Below, piece by piece: positions 34,696-44,312 of a DNA stretch of 64,000 bases. A program made the translations under genes and the position numbers. The stretch comes from Candidatus Moraniibacteriota bacterium (lineage in GTDB: Bacteria > Patescibacteriota > Minisyncoccia > Moranbacterales > UBA1568). Under the pieces are notes generated by a model. That model made no database searches. It worked only from the letters and a program-made list of their open reading frames with translations, and was not told where the DNA came from. Position 1 is the stretch's first letter; the number at the start of each line of letters is the position of its first letter. The stretch is taken from assembly GCA_049287005.1 (NCBI GenBank), contig JBAQEZ010000003.1:693143-757142 (forward strand). The letters are read 5' to 3'.

Positions 34696-36384
34696 CTACG
34701 CTTTTTCCACAGAAGAAGGCTGATTGAATGTCCCAACGTGAATTTCCGGATTTTTGAGCGGCAGTTCGATGATGAAGCGCGAGCCCTTGTCCGGTCCGTC
34801 GGATTCGGCCCAGATCTTGCCGCCATGGGCTTCGATGAAGTTCTTGCCGACATACAGACCCAAGCCCGCCCCGGAAACCACCATCTTGGTCGTTTCCTTG
34901 CTCCGGAGAAATTTCTGGAACAGATTCTTCTTATCCTCCGGATGGATGCCGATACCCGTGTCGGAAACGATGATCCGTGCCACACTTGAAGTTCCTTCGA
35001 GCGATACCGTCACGCTCCCCTCTTTGGTATATTTCAGAGCGTTGTCGATCAGGTTGGACAGTACTTCTTTGATCTTGTTCGGATCGATAATCAATTGAGG
35101 GAGCGGGGTCTTCGACAACTTCATCTCCAGGAGCAGGTTCTTATCTTTTGCCGTGGGCCGAAACATATCCACCAGCTCCGCGATAAGAGGCTCCAATTGC
35201 GTCGATGCGAAACCGTACTGGATACGTCCTGCTTCGATGCGCGAGACGTTGAGGAGGTCTTCTACCAATTGTACTAGCCGACTATTCACCGTATACACTT
35301 TGTTCAGAATATCCTGAATGGCAGCAGGCACTTTGCCATACGACCCCTCGAGCAACAGCGAAATATATCCCTTGATGGCGGTAAGCGGTGTCCGAAGCTG
35401 GTGCGATGCGATAGAAATAAACTCCGATTTGGTCGCGTCGAGTTCTTTCAGCCGCTGATTGGCGATAGACAACGCATCCGAAATCTTCTGTAGCTCTTCT
35501 TTGCGCTCTACTTCTTTGCGCACAGATCGTATGAGAATCCAACCTGCCACAAGAGTCATGATGAGAGTTAGTCCCACTAAAATGTAATTCGTCACGCTCG
35601 TGACAACCGTAAGCATCGAACCGATCAGAACAAATTGTGCCACCACCAACGTCTGTGCCCCAATCAGCTTGATATCAAACGCCTTATAACGAACGATCAG
35701 ATATGCTAAAAATCCAGCAAATATGGGGGCGCTAAACAAACCATACTGAAGGATATCCCATTTCTCAGTAATACTTGCTATGATATTTGTCCCCGAAAAG
35801 GAAAAAAGGAAAAGAATGGCACCGAGAGAAAATATCAATACCCGCTTCCTATCCTCCCTAGACGCGCTAAATATTTTTTTTAATAAATACCCGAGCAACC
35901 AAAGCGAAAAGAGCGATTCAAGAAAATAAAAATAATAAATAGCCGGTCCCTGCTGAGCTTCACAAGAGGCCATGGTAAAACCTTCTATATTAAAAGATGT
36001 AGGAATCAAAAATACAAACGGAATCAATAACAAAAGAATAAACAACTTCAATCGCCAAGAAGTATCTTTTCGCTCCAAAAAAACATAGGAAAAATATAAT
36101 ACACCGATTGAGGTAAGCAATTCAAATAAATTTATTATTGACCAAAAAAACATTATAAACCTACCGTCAACACTTACCCATAAAATAAGGTCCGAGATGA
36201 CCCAAAAGGAAAAAATCACAGCAATAAAAAAAAGTATTTTGCTTGCCAAAAAATTCTTATTTTTAAAGAACACGAGTGCGCCTACAAGAAAAACTGCTAA
36301 CGCCGTTGGAATATGGGAGTAGTAGAGAAATTTCGGCAAATCAACTACACAAGTTTCAACATGAGAAATAAAATCAAAGTCCAT
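34696..36384 (-). CDS. Sensor histidine kinase with a multi-pass N-terminal membrane domain
   Basis: H-box SIASHQLRTPL plus N, G1 and G2 boxes (NLIDNALKYT, SDTGIGI, GAGLGL). The ORF-track start at 36417 is TTG; the ATG is at 36382-36384. Confidence 0.8.
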   Translation of the reverse strand: MDFDFISHVETCVVDLPKFLYYSHIPTALAVFLVGALVFFKNKNFLASKILFFIAVIFSFWVISDLILWVSVDGRFIMFFWSIINLFELLTSIGVLYFSYVFLERKDTSWRLKLFILLLLIPFVFLIPTSFNIEGFTMASCEAQQGPAIYYFYFLESLFSLWLLGYLLKKIFSASREDRKRVLIFSLGAILFLFSFSGTNIIASITEKWDILQYGLFSAPIFAGFLAYLIVRYKAFDIKLIGAQTLVVAQFVLIGSMLTVVTSVTNYILVGLTLIMTLVAGWILIRSVRKEVERKEELQKISDALSIANQRLKELDATKSEFISIASHQLRTPLTAIKGYISLLLEGSYGKVPAAIQDILNKVYTVNSRLVQLVEDLLNVSRIEAGRIQYGFASTQLEPLIAELVDMFRPTAKDKNLLLEMKLSKTPLPQLIIDPNKIKEVLSNLIDNALKYTKEGSVTVSLEGTSSVARIIVSDTGIGIHPEDKKNLFQKFLRSKETTKMVVSGAGLGLYVGKNFIEAHGGKIWAESDGPDKGSRFIIELPLKNPEIHVGTFNQPSSVEKA

Positions 36385-36401
36385 AAATTTTTTATTTTTG
36401 A

Positions 36402-37703
36402 TTAAATCCAACCCCAAGAAAGCAGATCTTCTTTATTCTTTTTAACAAACTCATCGCCTATATCGGTTCTATACATCATTTTTGGAACAACCATCTTTTT
36501 AACTAGAGAATAAGCCTGTTCTTGAGCAAACTCAACGCTCTTTCCAACTCCGCCAACAAATGCTGCGTAACCTATATTTTTTGTCATCACATATTGCGAG
36601 CTACCATTCGGCTCCATCTCCAATGAAACACCCTCAAAATGAATCCTCTCTTTCTCATCTTGTGAAAGATCGCCAGAGAACAAGACTCTCATTCCTTCAG
36701 CGGAAAAATTATTTATTCCATCCTCGTTACCATATGGAAATGGCGGCACTGCGATTGTTAAAATAATACCATATCCATCCTGAACTTTTAAATCAAAATC
36801 CTTCCCGTCCGCAACAGCACCAAGAAAATCTGACCAATTTGAAAGATGCATATCAGACTGAAGATGAATAATAGGACAACCAAAACGTGCAGTTGCTTCT
36901 ATCGGATACACATTCTCGTGATCCACAAAACAATTAATATCGATTGTTCCTTTAAAACCACACTCCTGAAGATATGGCTTCAAACGGCTGAGAGTTTCAT
37001 CAAAAAGCTTATTCTCTCTATCCTGAACATACCATACCAAAGTTCCCATCTCCCCTGTCTTTGGACCGATATTTCCATTCATAAAACTCTTGTGCTCGAT
37101 ATTGATTTCTGCAGGACCAACCCAATCTGCTCCATTAAAAAAGCGTCCTACTGCTATTTCAATGCCATTCAACTTTCTTTGCAACGAAAGATTGGTGATA
37201 CCTAATATCCGATAATTCTCCAAAACCCCCAGCACATCACTTCCATCATCCAACATACCGACGTAATTAAGAGCGCTTTGATGATCATTTTGCTTTATCA
37301 CCCAGCTGCCACCTTGATCCATTATAAATTTAGCTGCCTCATCGGCAGTTTCAAAATTAAAAATCGGAACAACGTTCATTCCGCTTTGAGAAAAAATCTT
37401 CTGTCCAAATTCCCGGTCCTGTTCAAGTTTATCCCCGCCTTCGCTTCCGCCTACAACACGGTACCCCTCCTTTCGGAGATCGTCCTGGATTTTTCCGTAT
37501 CCGACATCATCAAAAACAATCAGACCGTCCTTACCGACCCAATCAAGCTCTTTTTTCCAATCATCAGTCTTGTCGACGAAACCATCCAAACAATGCTTTT
37601 GTTCTGAATGTTCAACAAAGAGTTTGACATCGCATCCTTCGAGCTTGAGACGATATGCGAGATCACCGGCGATCAATTCTCCTGAAACAAAAAGTACCCT
37701 CAT
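36402..37703 (-). CDS. ATP-grasp enzyme, phosphoribosylamine--glycine ligase (PurD)-like
   Basis: 433 aa; PurD-like length and N-domain (MRVLFVSGELIAGDLAYRLKLEG) with an ATP-grasp central part. The exact substrate is not assignable. Confidence 0.5.
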   Translation of the reverse strand: MRVLFVSGELIAGDLAYRLKLEGCDVKLFVEHSEQKHCLDGFVDKTDDWKKELDWVGKDGLIVFDDVGYGKIQDDLRKEGYRVVGGSEGGDKLEQDREFGQKIFSQSGMNVVPIFNFETADEAAKFIMDQGGSWVIKQNDHQSALNYVGMLDDGSDVLGVLENYRILGITNLSLQRKLNGIEIAVGRFFNGADWVGPAEINIEHKSFMNGNIGPKTGEMGTLVWYVQDRENKLFDETLSRLKPYLQECGFKGTIDINCFVDHENVYPIEATARFGCPIIHLQSDMHLSNWSDFLGAVADGKDFDLKVQDGYGIILTIAVPPFPYGNEDGINNFSAEGMRVLFSGDLSQDEKERIHFEGVSLEMEPNGSSQYVMTKNIGYAAFVGGVGKSVEFAQEQAYSLVKKMVVPKMMYRTDIGDEFVKKNKEDLLSWGWI

Positions 37704-37784
37704 AGAATTTTTTACACTCCCTTACACATTTATTTCAAAAATTGTGTCTCCTGATTGGCACTATCATTATAACACTCAAATTTT

Positions 37785-38729
37785 CTAACTAATCATATAA
37801 ATACTCCATCCGATAATGATACTTGCTCCGACTTTGATTCCCAACCCGCTCAACTGATCCTGGTACAGCATCTGCATCGTTTTCTTGCGGGTCCAATAAA
37901 AAATTCCTACCAAAAGCAAGCTGACAAGCATCACGAATACCGGTACGAGACTTTCAATGACAGCCACGAAAGACACGGACGGACTCAAGTCGATCGCTCG
38001 CTGAGAAGTCAGCGTTCCGATAACCGAAAGACTTTCCGCCAAAATGAAAATCGGCAGGTATTGGCTGCCTAGCTTACCGATATGTCGCAAGCGATCGATC
38101 GCTTTTTTCGTATCCAGAAAAAACAATAAGCCTGCGGCACTCGCCGCGCCGGTGGAAAAAAGGAGGAAAACGCTCCAAAAATCATCTCCGGTTAAACGAT
38201 AGGCCTTGCCTTCCGCCACCATACTCAGAGAAAGCATAATAACGGCGCAAAGCATCATCAGTACCGTCCGAGAGAACCCCTCTTTGGTACTGAGCGTTTT
38301 GTCCAAAGAAAGGAGCATGGCGCCAGCAAAGGCGATACCGACAGCCACATAATGAATCAGATCAAGCCTCTCTCTCAGGATCAGCCAAGAAAAAAATGGC
38401 ACGAGTAGGATCGTCAGATTCCAAATCACCTGCGTAATGGCCACATCGTTGGTGGCAAACAGCGCTTTAAAATAAAAGAAAAAAGAAAAGAGGAAAAGCG
38501 TTCCGCCGAACCAGGCAACCACGGCAGCCGCATGACCGGGATACACAAAAGAAACCACTCCAAAAAATACCAAAAGCCAAGGGGCAAGCTGAAATACGCC
38601 TGAAATCAAGGCACCGTCGAAAGCATCTTCATACGCCTCTTCAACGAAATAAACATCCAAAAGGCTGACCAGCGCCCAGAGGAACGGAGCAATAAACGCA
38701 ATCAGCAACCAATGATTCCATATCTCCAT
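37785..38729 (-). CDS. EamA/DMT-superfamily transporter (10 TM)
   Basis: 314 aa built from two 5-TM halves. Confidence 0.6.
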   Translation of the reverse strand: MEIWNHWLLIAFIAPFLWALVSLLDVYFVEEAYEDAFDGALISGVFQLAPWLLVFFGVVSFVYPGHAAAVVAWFGGTLFLFSFFFYFKALFATNDVAITQVIWNLTILLVPFFSWLILRERLDLIHYVAVGIAFAGAMLLSLDKTLSTKEGFSRTVLMMLCAVIMLSLSMVAEGKAYRLTGDDFWSVFLLFSTGAASAAGLLFFLDTKKAIDRLRHIGKLGSQYLPIFILAESLSVIGTLTSQRAIDLSPSVSFVAVIESLVPVFVMLVSLLLVGIFYWTRKKTMQMLYQDQLSGLGIKVGASIIIGWSIYMIS

Positions 38730-38806
38730 AGTACGACAATCCGAATACCTCTTGCTTATTACGATTATTTTTCAGCGGCCCACAGGACGTACATACTCAA
38801 CATATT

Positions 38807-39196
38807 TCAAACGACAATATTTTCTTGAGGATATTTCGTCCCCCGTTCGATGAAATTCACTTCGGTCTCCTGCAAATCAAACTGCTGCGTGAAGTAGTTG
38901 ATAATATGATCTTTTTGCAAGCCATTCTTACACGTATACACATCGATACTCACAAACCCGCGAGTTGAGAAAGTATGGATACTGATATGGCTTTCTTCGA
39001 TCACCACGATACCGGACCAGCCGCCCGGGTCTTTCTTCCCGTTTCCCGGAGCGGCATATACGATCGGGTCGGCTAAAGCATGCATATCAAGCATATCGGG
39101 CAATTCTCTCAGACAGCTGAGGACAAGCTCTTTGTTATTCAGCTTTTCGAACGATCCGCCATACCCGTCGATCATCAAATGCTCTCCAAAATGCAT
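38807..39196 (-). CDS. speH: S-adenosylmethionine decarboxylase proenzyme, small bacterial class
   Basis: 129 aa with an IEESHISIHTF self-cleavage (E-S) motif. Confidence 0.75.
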   Translation of the reverse strand: MHFGEHLMIDGYGGSFEKLNNKELVLSCLRELPDMLDMHALADPIVYAAPGNGKKDPGGWSGIVVIEESHISIHTFSTRGFVSIDVYTCKNGLQKDHIINYFTQQFDLQETEVNFIERGTKYPQENIVV

Positions 39197-39354
39197 ATTT
39201 AAAATGTGAGTTGAATTAGACCTGTCTCTACTTTACACCTAAACCGAGAATTACTCAAAAAACGAAATGAAAAAATGCTGAGATACGCTGAAAACATATC
39301 TCTTCATCTGGACACTCTCCGTCAAATTTATTTTTTTCCGGATATCCGTCAATG

Positions 39355-39885
39355 CTAGGGGGTAGCCTCTCCGGCAGGGACAGGTTCTCCGATAACATCG
39401 CTGTTCCCATCTTGCGAAGTATCCAGGCTCTCATCCACAGTCCCCGCATCGCCGTCCGTACCGTCCGCAGCTGCCGCATCCTCTGATTCCAACGGGTTGT
39501 CCTCCGCATAGGCAGCCGGATCATTGCAAACTTCGCCATCTTTGGCTGTGGTTGCGTCACAAAGCGTCAAGGCGCATTCTGCCTCGCCGAGCGGACAGAT
39601 CAAGGCATCGCAACCCTCTGCTGACGGATCACAGGAGGGGATGTTCTTGGCATTGCGCTGGATGAGCTTGTAATACGAGGTATCCTCCGCCGGATCACCG
39701 GTACATTCCTCCCCTGCCTCCGGATTGCAGACATACACGAAACATGTCTCCGTGTACGGGTCGCAATCAACCTCGGCCTGGATGATATAGTCACGCTGTA
39801 TCATTATCTTGTAGTACGTTGCCGCGACCGATCCGGCGATCAGAAGAAAAAATACCGCAAAAAATATTTTTGATTTTTTGTCCAT
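39355..39885 (-). CDS. Membrane-anchored Cys-rich extracytoplasmic protein with an acidic C-terminal tail
   Basis: The ORF-track start at 39942 is TTG; the ATG at 39883-39885 gives MDKKSKIFFAVFFLLIAGSVAA (anchor). The ectodomain carries 11 Cys and ends in a D/E/T-rich tail. Confidence 0.5.
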   Translation of the reverse strand: MDKKSKIFFAVFFLLIAGSVAATYYKIMIQRDYIIQAEVDCDPYTETCFVYVCNPEAGEECTGDPAEDTSYYKLIQRNAKNIPSCDPSAEGCDALICPLGEAECALTLCDATTAKDGEVCNDPAAYAEDNPLESEDAAAADGTDGDAGTVDESLDTSQDGNSDVIGEPVPAGEATP

Positions 39886-39966
39886 AAATATATGGTTAAA
39901 ATACCATGAAAGAGCAAGAAAGGAAAGAAAAAACGGCCTCAAGCGGCGGGGAGTCCGTTCTCCTGG

Positions 39967-40725
39967 TTATTCCTCCAATTCCGCAGCCGCCCCACGGTAG
40001 GCGCAGTAATCGCAGTCAGTACTCGCTACAGGGATATCGTCGTCCCTCATCAGACAGTCATGGGCGGCGATGAGCGTAGCGGACACCCACGAGTCGTCGC
40101 CCGTGTAGGGCAGCAGCATGACAGTGAACTCCAGTTTGCCATCGAACGCCTGGCGATCGGTCTGGCCGTTGCAGTAGACGAAGTAGCCGGTTGCGGAAAC
40201 CCGAAAATCGTTCTTGCGGAACAGCCACTGATACATTTCCATCTGGCGCTTGTAGCCATCCTGCCACTGTGCGTCCAGATTGACTTCTCCATCCTTGGCA
40301 GTCGCTTTGTAATCGACGATAATCAGCTCCCCTTGCGGATCCACCCACACATCATCCACTCCCCCGGTAAACAAGAATTTCGTCTGCGGGTGCAGATAGG
40401 TGATACCGCGATGGAGCGAATCACGCCATTCTTCCATCTTCTCATGCGGGTAAGGTACCGCATCGAGACCATAGGCCCGCATCAGCGGATGCGCCGTGCC
40501 CGAAGCGCGATGGATATCGAATTCTTTTTTCAGCAATGCATCGACGGCCGAGTTGAGAGAAAAAGGATATCCGGGTGGGCGTCCCACGCCGAGCCGCCTG
40601 TCCAGGTAAAAACAGCGCGGACAATTCATAAAAAGCTCCAGCTTGCTCCGGCTCAGGCGGAAAGGTTCCTCTGACTGCGGACTAAAAAGATTTCTGGTAC
40701 GCTTGGCATGATAATATTGGGACAT
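39967..40725 (-). CDS. PD-(D/E)XK nuclease with 4-Cys Fe-S signature (Cas4/RecB-nuclease-domain-like), stand-alone
   Basis: N-terminal CPRC; motifs GGVDDVWVD, IIVDYKATAK and QMEMYQWL (QhxxY); C-terminal C-x14-C-x2-C. The ORF-track start is TTG; the ATG is at 40723-40725. Confidence 0.65.
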   Translation of the reverse strand: MSQYYHAKRTRNLFSPQSEEPFRLSRSKLELFMNCPRCFYLDRRLGVGRPPGYPFSLNSAVDALLKKEFDIHRASGTAHPLMRAYGLDAVPYPHEKMEEWRDSLHRGITYLHPQTKFLFTGGVDDVWVDPQGELIIVDYKATAKDGEVNLDAQWQDGYKRQMEMYQWLFRKNDFRVSATGYFVYCNGQTDRQAFDGKLEFTVMLLPYTGDDSWVSATLIAAHDCLMRDDDIPVASTDCDYCAYRGAAAELEE

Positions 40726-40823
40726 GATGGCGAGACACAACGTATTACTCCTCTCATTCTACCATAAGAAAATCCCCCTCCGCCCATAAGCGAAGAGGAA
40801 TGTTTCTTCAGTTCTGCTCTCGC

Positions 40824-42203
40824 TTAGCGAAAGAATGAGATAAGTTTCCCGAAGAGGCTGAACTGATTGCCCTCTGCGGCAATATAGGACTGCAACTTGG
40901 CGGCTTCGTCGCGCAGGGCCGTCACCCGATCTACCAGGATTTTCTTGATTTCCGGATCAGCGATCTGAGCCGACGCTGATTCCAAGGCGGTGGCACGAAT
41001 ATTCATAGCCGCAATCTCGGCATTCAGGCTATCCAGAGCGCTGAAATCAGGACCGAAGAGCGCCCGCGTCACTCCATCGCGTCCCTGGATATTCTTCAAA
41101 CTCTCCGCGATAGCCTGTACGGCGGCTTTGTGTTCCGCTGCCACTCTCCTCACTTTTCCAGAAACGCCATTGTCATCACCATCCTCGATGTCAGCCACAT
41201 CCTTCAGATCTTCAACGAGGTCATCTGAATCTTGTTCATGATCCGCGGACAGATCATCATCTTCCGTGCCGCCAAGAGCGAAGATAGACTGCTCCACCAG
41301 GCTCTTCAGACGTTTCACTTTGTTTTCAAAAGCCCTGACCGTGTCTCGCGTCATAGTATCGGGCGCAGTTGCAGCAGCAGCCTGAAGCACGGCGAAATCT
41401 TGTTCCAATGAGGCGAGCGCTGTCTTGAAAGCCGTAGCATCGCCGCCCAGCGTTTCCAGTTCGGCAATTTTTTTATCTATCTGTCCGAATCGTTTCGTGA
41501 CCTTCGCTACCGCTTCAGAAGCTTTCTTGGCAAACTCGAGATCCTTCTCGGTAAAATGAGCTTCCTTTTTGATTTCCTTCGCGAGCGCTTTGGCCGTTTC
41601 AAAATCATTGGTATCAAACGAAGCGTTGACTTGGAACAACTTCGCCTTCGCAAGAGCCAGGCGCGCCAACGCCGTAGCGACATTCTCTCCCTCTGCCTGT
41701 TTCTCGAGAATATACTTCGCAGCCTCATCCAGCTTCTCATTTAGCTTGGCCAATGTCTTGTTCTGATCCTTGAACATACCGTTAGCCTCTCCGTTTTCAT
41801 TTTCATCCGCACCTTCCGCTTTGGCTCCATCCTCATCCTCCTCATCCTTTATTTGATCAGAATCCCCAGTGGAACCATCCTTAACGCCAAAACTTTTGTT
41901 CGAGCGTTCAAGCTGTTTCTTCGCATCTTCCCGCTGCCGTTCCGCTTGCTTCTTGGCAGTTTCGCCACTCTTTTCGTCCTTGTCGCCATCATCATTCTGA
42001 TCTTCGTCCTTGCTTTCGTCTTCATCGCCATTGTTATCATCGCTCTGGCTATCTTCTTCACCGTCTTTCGCCAAGCTCAGAGGCGTAAAAAGCGAGTGAT
42101 CCTTGGCAACAACCGCCGCCATCGACGCAAAGGCGCCAAAAGACAAAATGGCTATGAATAACGCTGAAGCTGTCCCCATCTTTTTTGTGTTTGTTTTTTG
42201 CAT
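40824..42203 (-). CDS. Secreted or anchored protein with an acidic low-complexity region and coiled-coils, unknown function
   Basis: Signal/anchor MGTASALFIAILSFGAFASMAAVVA, then a D/E/N-rich stretch of about 120 aa, then A/K/E coiled-coil segments. Confidence 0.5.
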   Translation of the reverse strand: MQKTNTKKMGTASALFIAILSFGAFASMAAVVAKDHSLFTPLSLAKDGEEDSQSDDNNGDEDESKDEDQNDDGDKDEKSGETAKKQAERQREDAKKQLERSNKSFGVKDGSTGDSDQIKDEEDEDGAKAEGADENENGEANGMFKDQNKTLAKLNEKLDEAAKYILEKQAEGENVATALARLALAKAKLFQVNASFDTNDFETAKALAKEIKKEAHFTEKDLEFAKKASEAVAKVTKRFGQIDKKIAELETLGGDATAFKTALASLEQDFAVLQAAAATAPDTMTRDTVRAFENKVKRLKSLVEQSIFALGGTEDDDLSADHEQDSDDLVEDLKDVADIEDGDDNGVSGKVRRVAAEHKAAVQAIAESLKNIQGRDGVTRALFGPDFSALDSLNAEIAAMNIRATALESASAQIADPEIKKILVDRVTALRDEAAKLQSYIAAEGNQFSLFGKLISFFR

Positions 42204-42390
42204 ACACTTTTTTTACCCAATTAAAAACTAAACGTAACTTTTTTTCTTTTCACGGTAATCGCCGCTTCGGAATCTTTATCCTGATTCCTCGGCGGTGCGC
42301 GTACGATCGTAGTATACATCACTATCAGCACACAGCACACTCCCTGCGACAGAGCGTCACTCTCTTTTGCCGCTTGTTTGCAGATACATC

Positions 42391-43545
42391 TCAGACAAGC
42401 GAGCGAAAAAGGTCTCTCGTTTCCCGAACAGTTTTCTCCCATGCGAAATGCTTTGCCCGCTCCTCACTTTTCTGGCGGAGAGTATCGATGAGCTCTTGAT
42501 CAGTAAGCACCTGTTTCAATGTCTGGAATATTTCATCGGGCTGATACGGATCTATGAGGATACCGGCAGTGCCGACTATTTCCGGAAGCGATGAGGAATG
42601 CGAAACGATGACCGGAACGCCGCATGCCATCGCTTCGAGCGGCGGAAAACCGAAACCCTCGTACAGGGATGGGTAGACGAAGATACTGGCGAGATTGTAG
42701 AGAACCGCCTTATCCCCATCGGCAATGAATCCGGGCAGAAGAATCCTGTCTTTATACGGAGAACGGGCAATGGCCGCAAAAATTTCCTCGTATTTCCATC
42801 CTCGCGTACCCGCGATCACCAGCGCGTATCTGTTCAAGACGGGATGATCGAGGCGCATCAAGGCTTCGTAGGCGGCGATGAGGGCCAGGATATTCTTGCG
42901 CGGCTCAAAGGTAGCAAGCGAGAGGATGAATTTATAGGGCAGGCGATATTTCTCCTGTACCCGGACAAGATTCGTATCATTGCGGCTCATCGCATGAAAC
43001 TGCTCCCCTATGCCGCTATGGATGGCGACGATCTTCTTTTCCGGCACGCCATAATAATCAATGAGATCCTGCTTGGTCGATTCCGAGACGGCGATCACCC
43101 GATCGGCGGACAACACCAGGCGCCTGAAATGGATGAAAAAATGCCAGATCCGACGCTTCCAGGAAAACGTTTCCGGAAATATCTCGAACGAGAGGTCGTG
43201 CGCTGTCACGACGAGTTTTGTTTTTCGAGAAACGGCAGAAAAGTTCAGGTTGGGAAGGAAAAAAATGTCGGTACCGCCCACCAGCCTGTCCAGTTTCGGG
43301 GAACGCAAGTACCAGAGCGCCAGATTGAGTAACTTATTGGGGAAACGGAAGGTTTTCAGCGTCACATTGGGATATATCGTCGCCCACGAAAAATCCAACG
43401 CGCTCTTTTTCCACGCGTTGAAAAAAAGAATGTACTCGTTCTGGGGGTCATGCTCGAAAAGACCCCGAAGAAGAGCCATCGTATATTCTTCCACCCCAGT
43501 GTGTTTCCCCTCCGCCAGACACCGTATATCAATCCCTATGCGCAT
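42391..43545 (-). CDS. GT4 glycosyltransferase (MRIGIDxR class)
   Basis: [10 protein letters not shown]... and [18 protein letters not shown]. The ORF-track start at 43572 is TTG; the ATG is at 43543-43545. Paralog of the GT4 at 54658. Confidence 0.8.
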   Translation of the reverse strand: MRIGIDIRCLAEGKHTGVEEYTMALLRGLFEHDPQNEYILFFNAWKKSALDFSWATIYPNVTLKTFRFPNKLLNLALWYLRSPKLDRLVGGTDIFFLPNLNFSAVSRKTKLVVTAHDLSFEIFPETFSWKRRIWHFFIHFRRLVLSADRVIAVSESTKQDLIDYYGVPEKKIVAIHSGIGEQFHAMSRNDTNLVRVQEKYRLPYKFILSLATFEPRKNILALIAAYEALMRLDHPVLNRYALVIAGTRGWKYEEIFAAIARSPYKDRILLPGFIADGDKAVLYNLASIFVYPSLYEGFGFPPLEAMACGVPVIVSHSSSLPEIVGTAGILIDPYQPDEIFQTLKQVLTDQELIDTLRQKSEERAKHFAWEKTVRETRDLFRSLV

Positions 43546-43625
43546 ACGCAGTAATCCATCAACAGTGAACAATCGACAAAAAACGGGGCTTCTGCGGCTC
43601 CCACGCTATTTATTTTTCTTTTTTG

Positions 43626-44249
43626 CTACCGGCTCTTTTTATCGTCTGTCAAATAATGCCTGATCAGTCCGGTCCAGAATCCGATAAAGACGCCGCAAGC
43701 CAATCCGATGGCCAAAGCTAGAGGAGCGGAGATACGCGCGTCACGGATCACCGGGTCGCTCCCAATCACGACGAACCACGTGGTTCCCTTGTTTTCCGTA
43801 TTCAGACTCTCCGCATACCGATTCAGTGTCGCGACAGCTGCCACGGAGATTTTTAGCAGAACTTTTTCATCGGTATGACCGTACGTCACTTCGATCATTT
43901 GCGAAGACAAACGCTTCGCTCCAAAGATATTCTGCAGCGTACGCGTGCCCATATTGCCCGCATCCAGGCCGGCAGTCGTATAGATATCTTCTACTACACG
44001 CGGAGAACCGAGCCAGCGCACGACCGTATCAGCGAATCGTTCATCTGCCTGCAAACGATAAAAATCATCATAGGTATAGTCCTGTGTATTTTGCACGCCC
44101 GAACGACCGATATTGAGCAAGAGGGTTGCCTGGGAGTTTTGCGGCTGACTCTTCTGCCACGCGACCGCCGCCAGAGTGCACAGCAACACTACCGCCCAGA
44201 ACACTTTTGCCTGCTTCTTGAAAATATCCATGTAGTCTTTGCATTCCAT
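43626..44249 (-). CDS. Polysaccharide co-polymerase (Wzz/CpsC-like) protein, paralog 3
   Basis: N-terminal and C-terminal TM segments. The ORF-track start is GTG; ATGs lie at 44249 and 44231. Confidence 0.55.
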   Translation of the reverse strand: MECKDYMDIFKKQAKVFWAVVLLCTLAAVAWQKSQPQNSQATLLLNIGRSGVQNTQDYTYDDFYRLQADERFADTVVRWLGSPRVVEDIYTTAGLDAGNMGTRTLQNIFGAKRLSSQMIEVTYGHTDEKVLLKISVAAVATLNRYAESLNTENKGTTWFVVIGSDPVIRDARISAPLALAIGLACGVFIGFWTGLIRHYLTDDKKSR

Positions 44250-44312
44250 ATTTTGTAGATAATACACGATGATTGATACGGGATATTTGAGACATCTGCC
44301 TGCGTGAACCTT

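Noticed and set aside
36402-37703. Calling the ATP-grasp gene purD outright
   Set aside because: Length and N-domain resemble PurD, but the GGREHA-type N-terminal motif is absent and no other purine genes are nearby. It is kept as PurD-like ATP-grasp.
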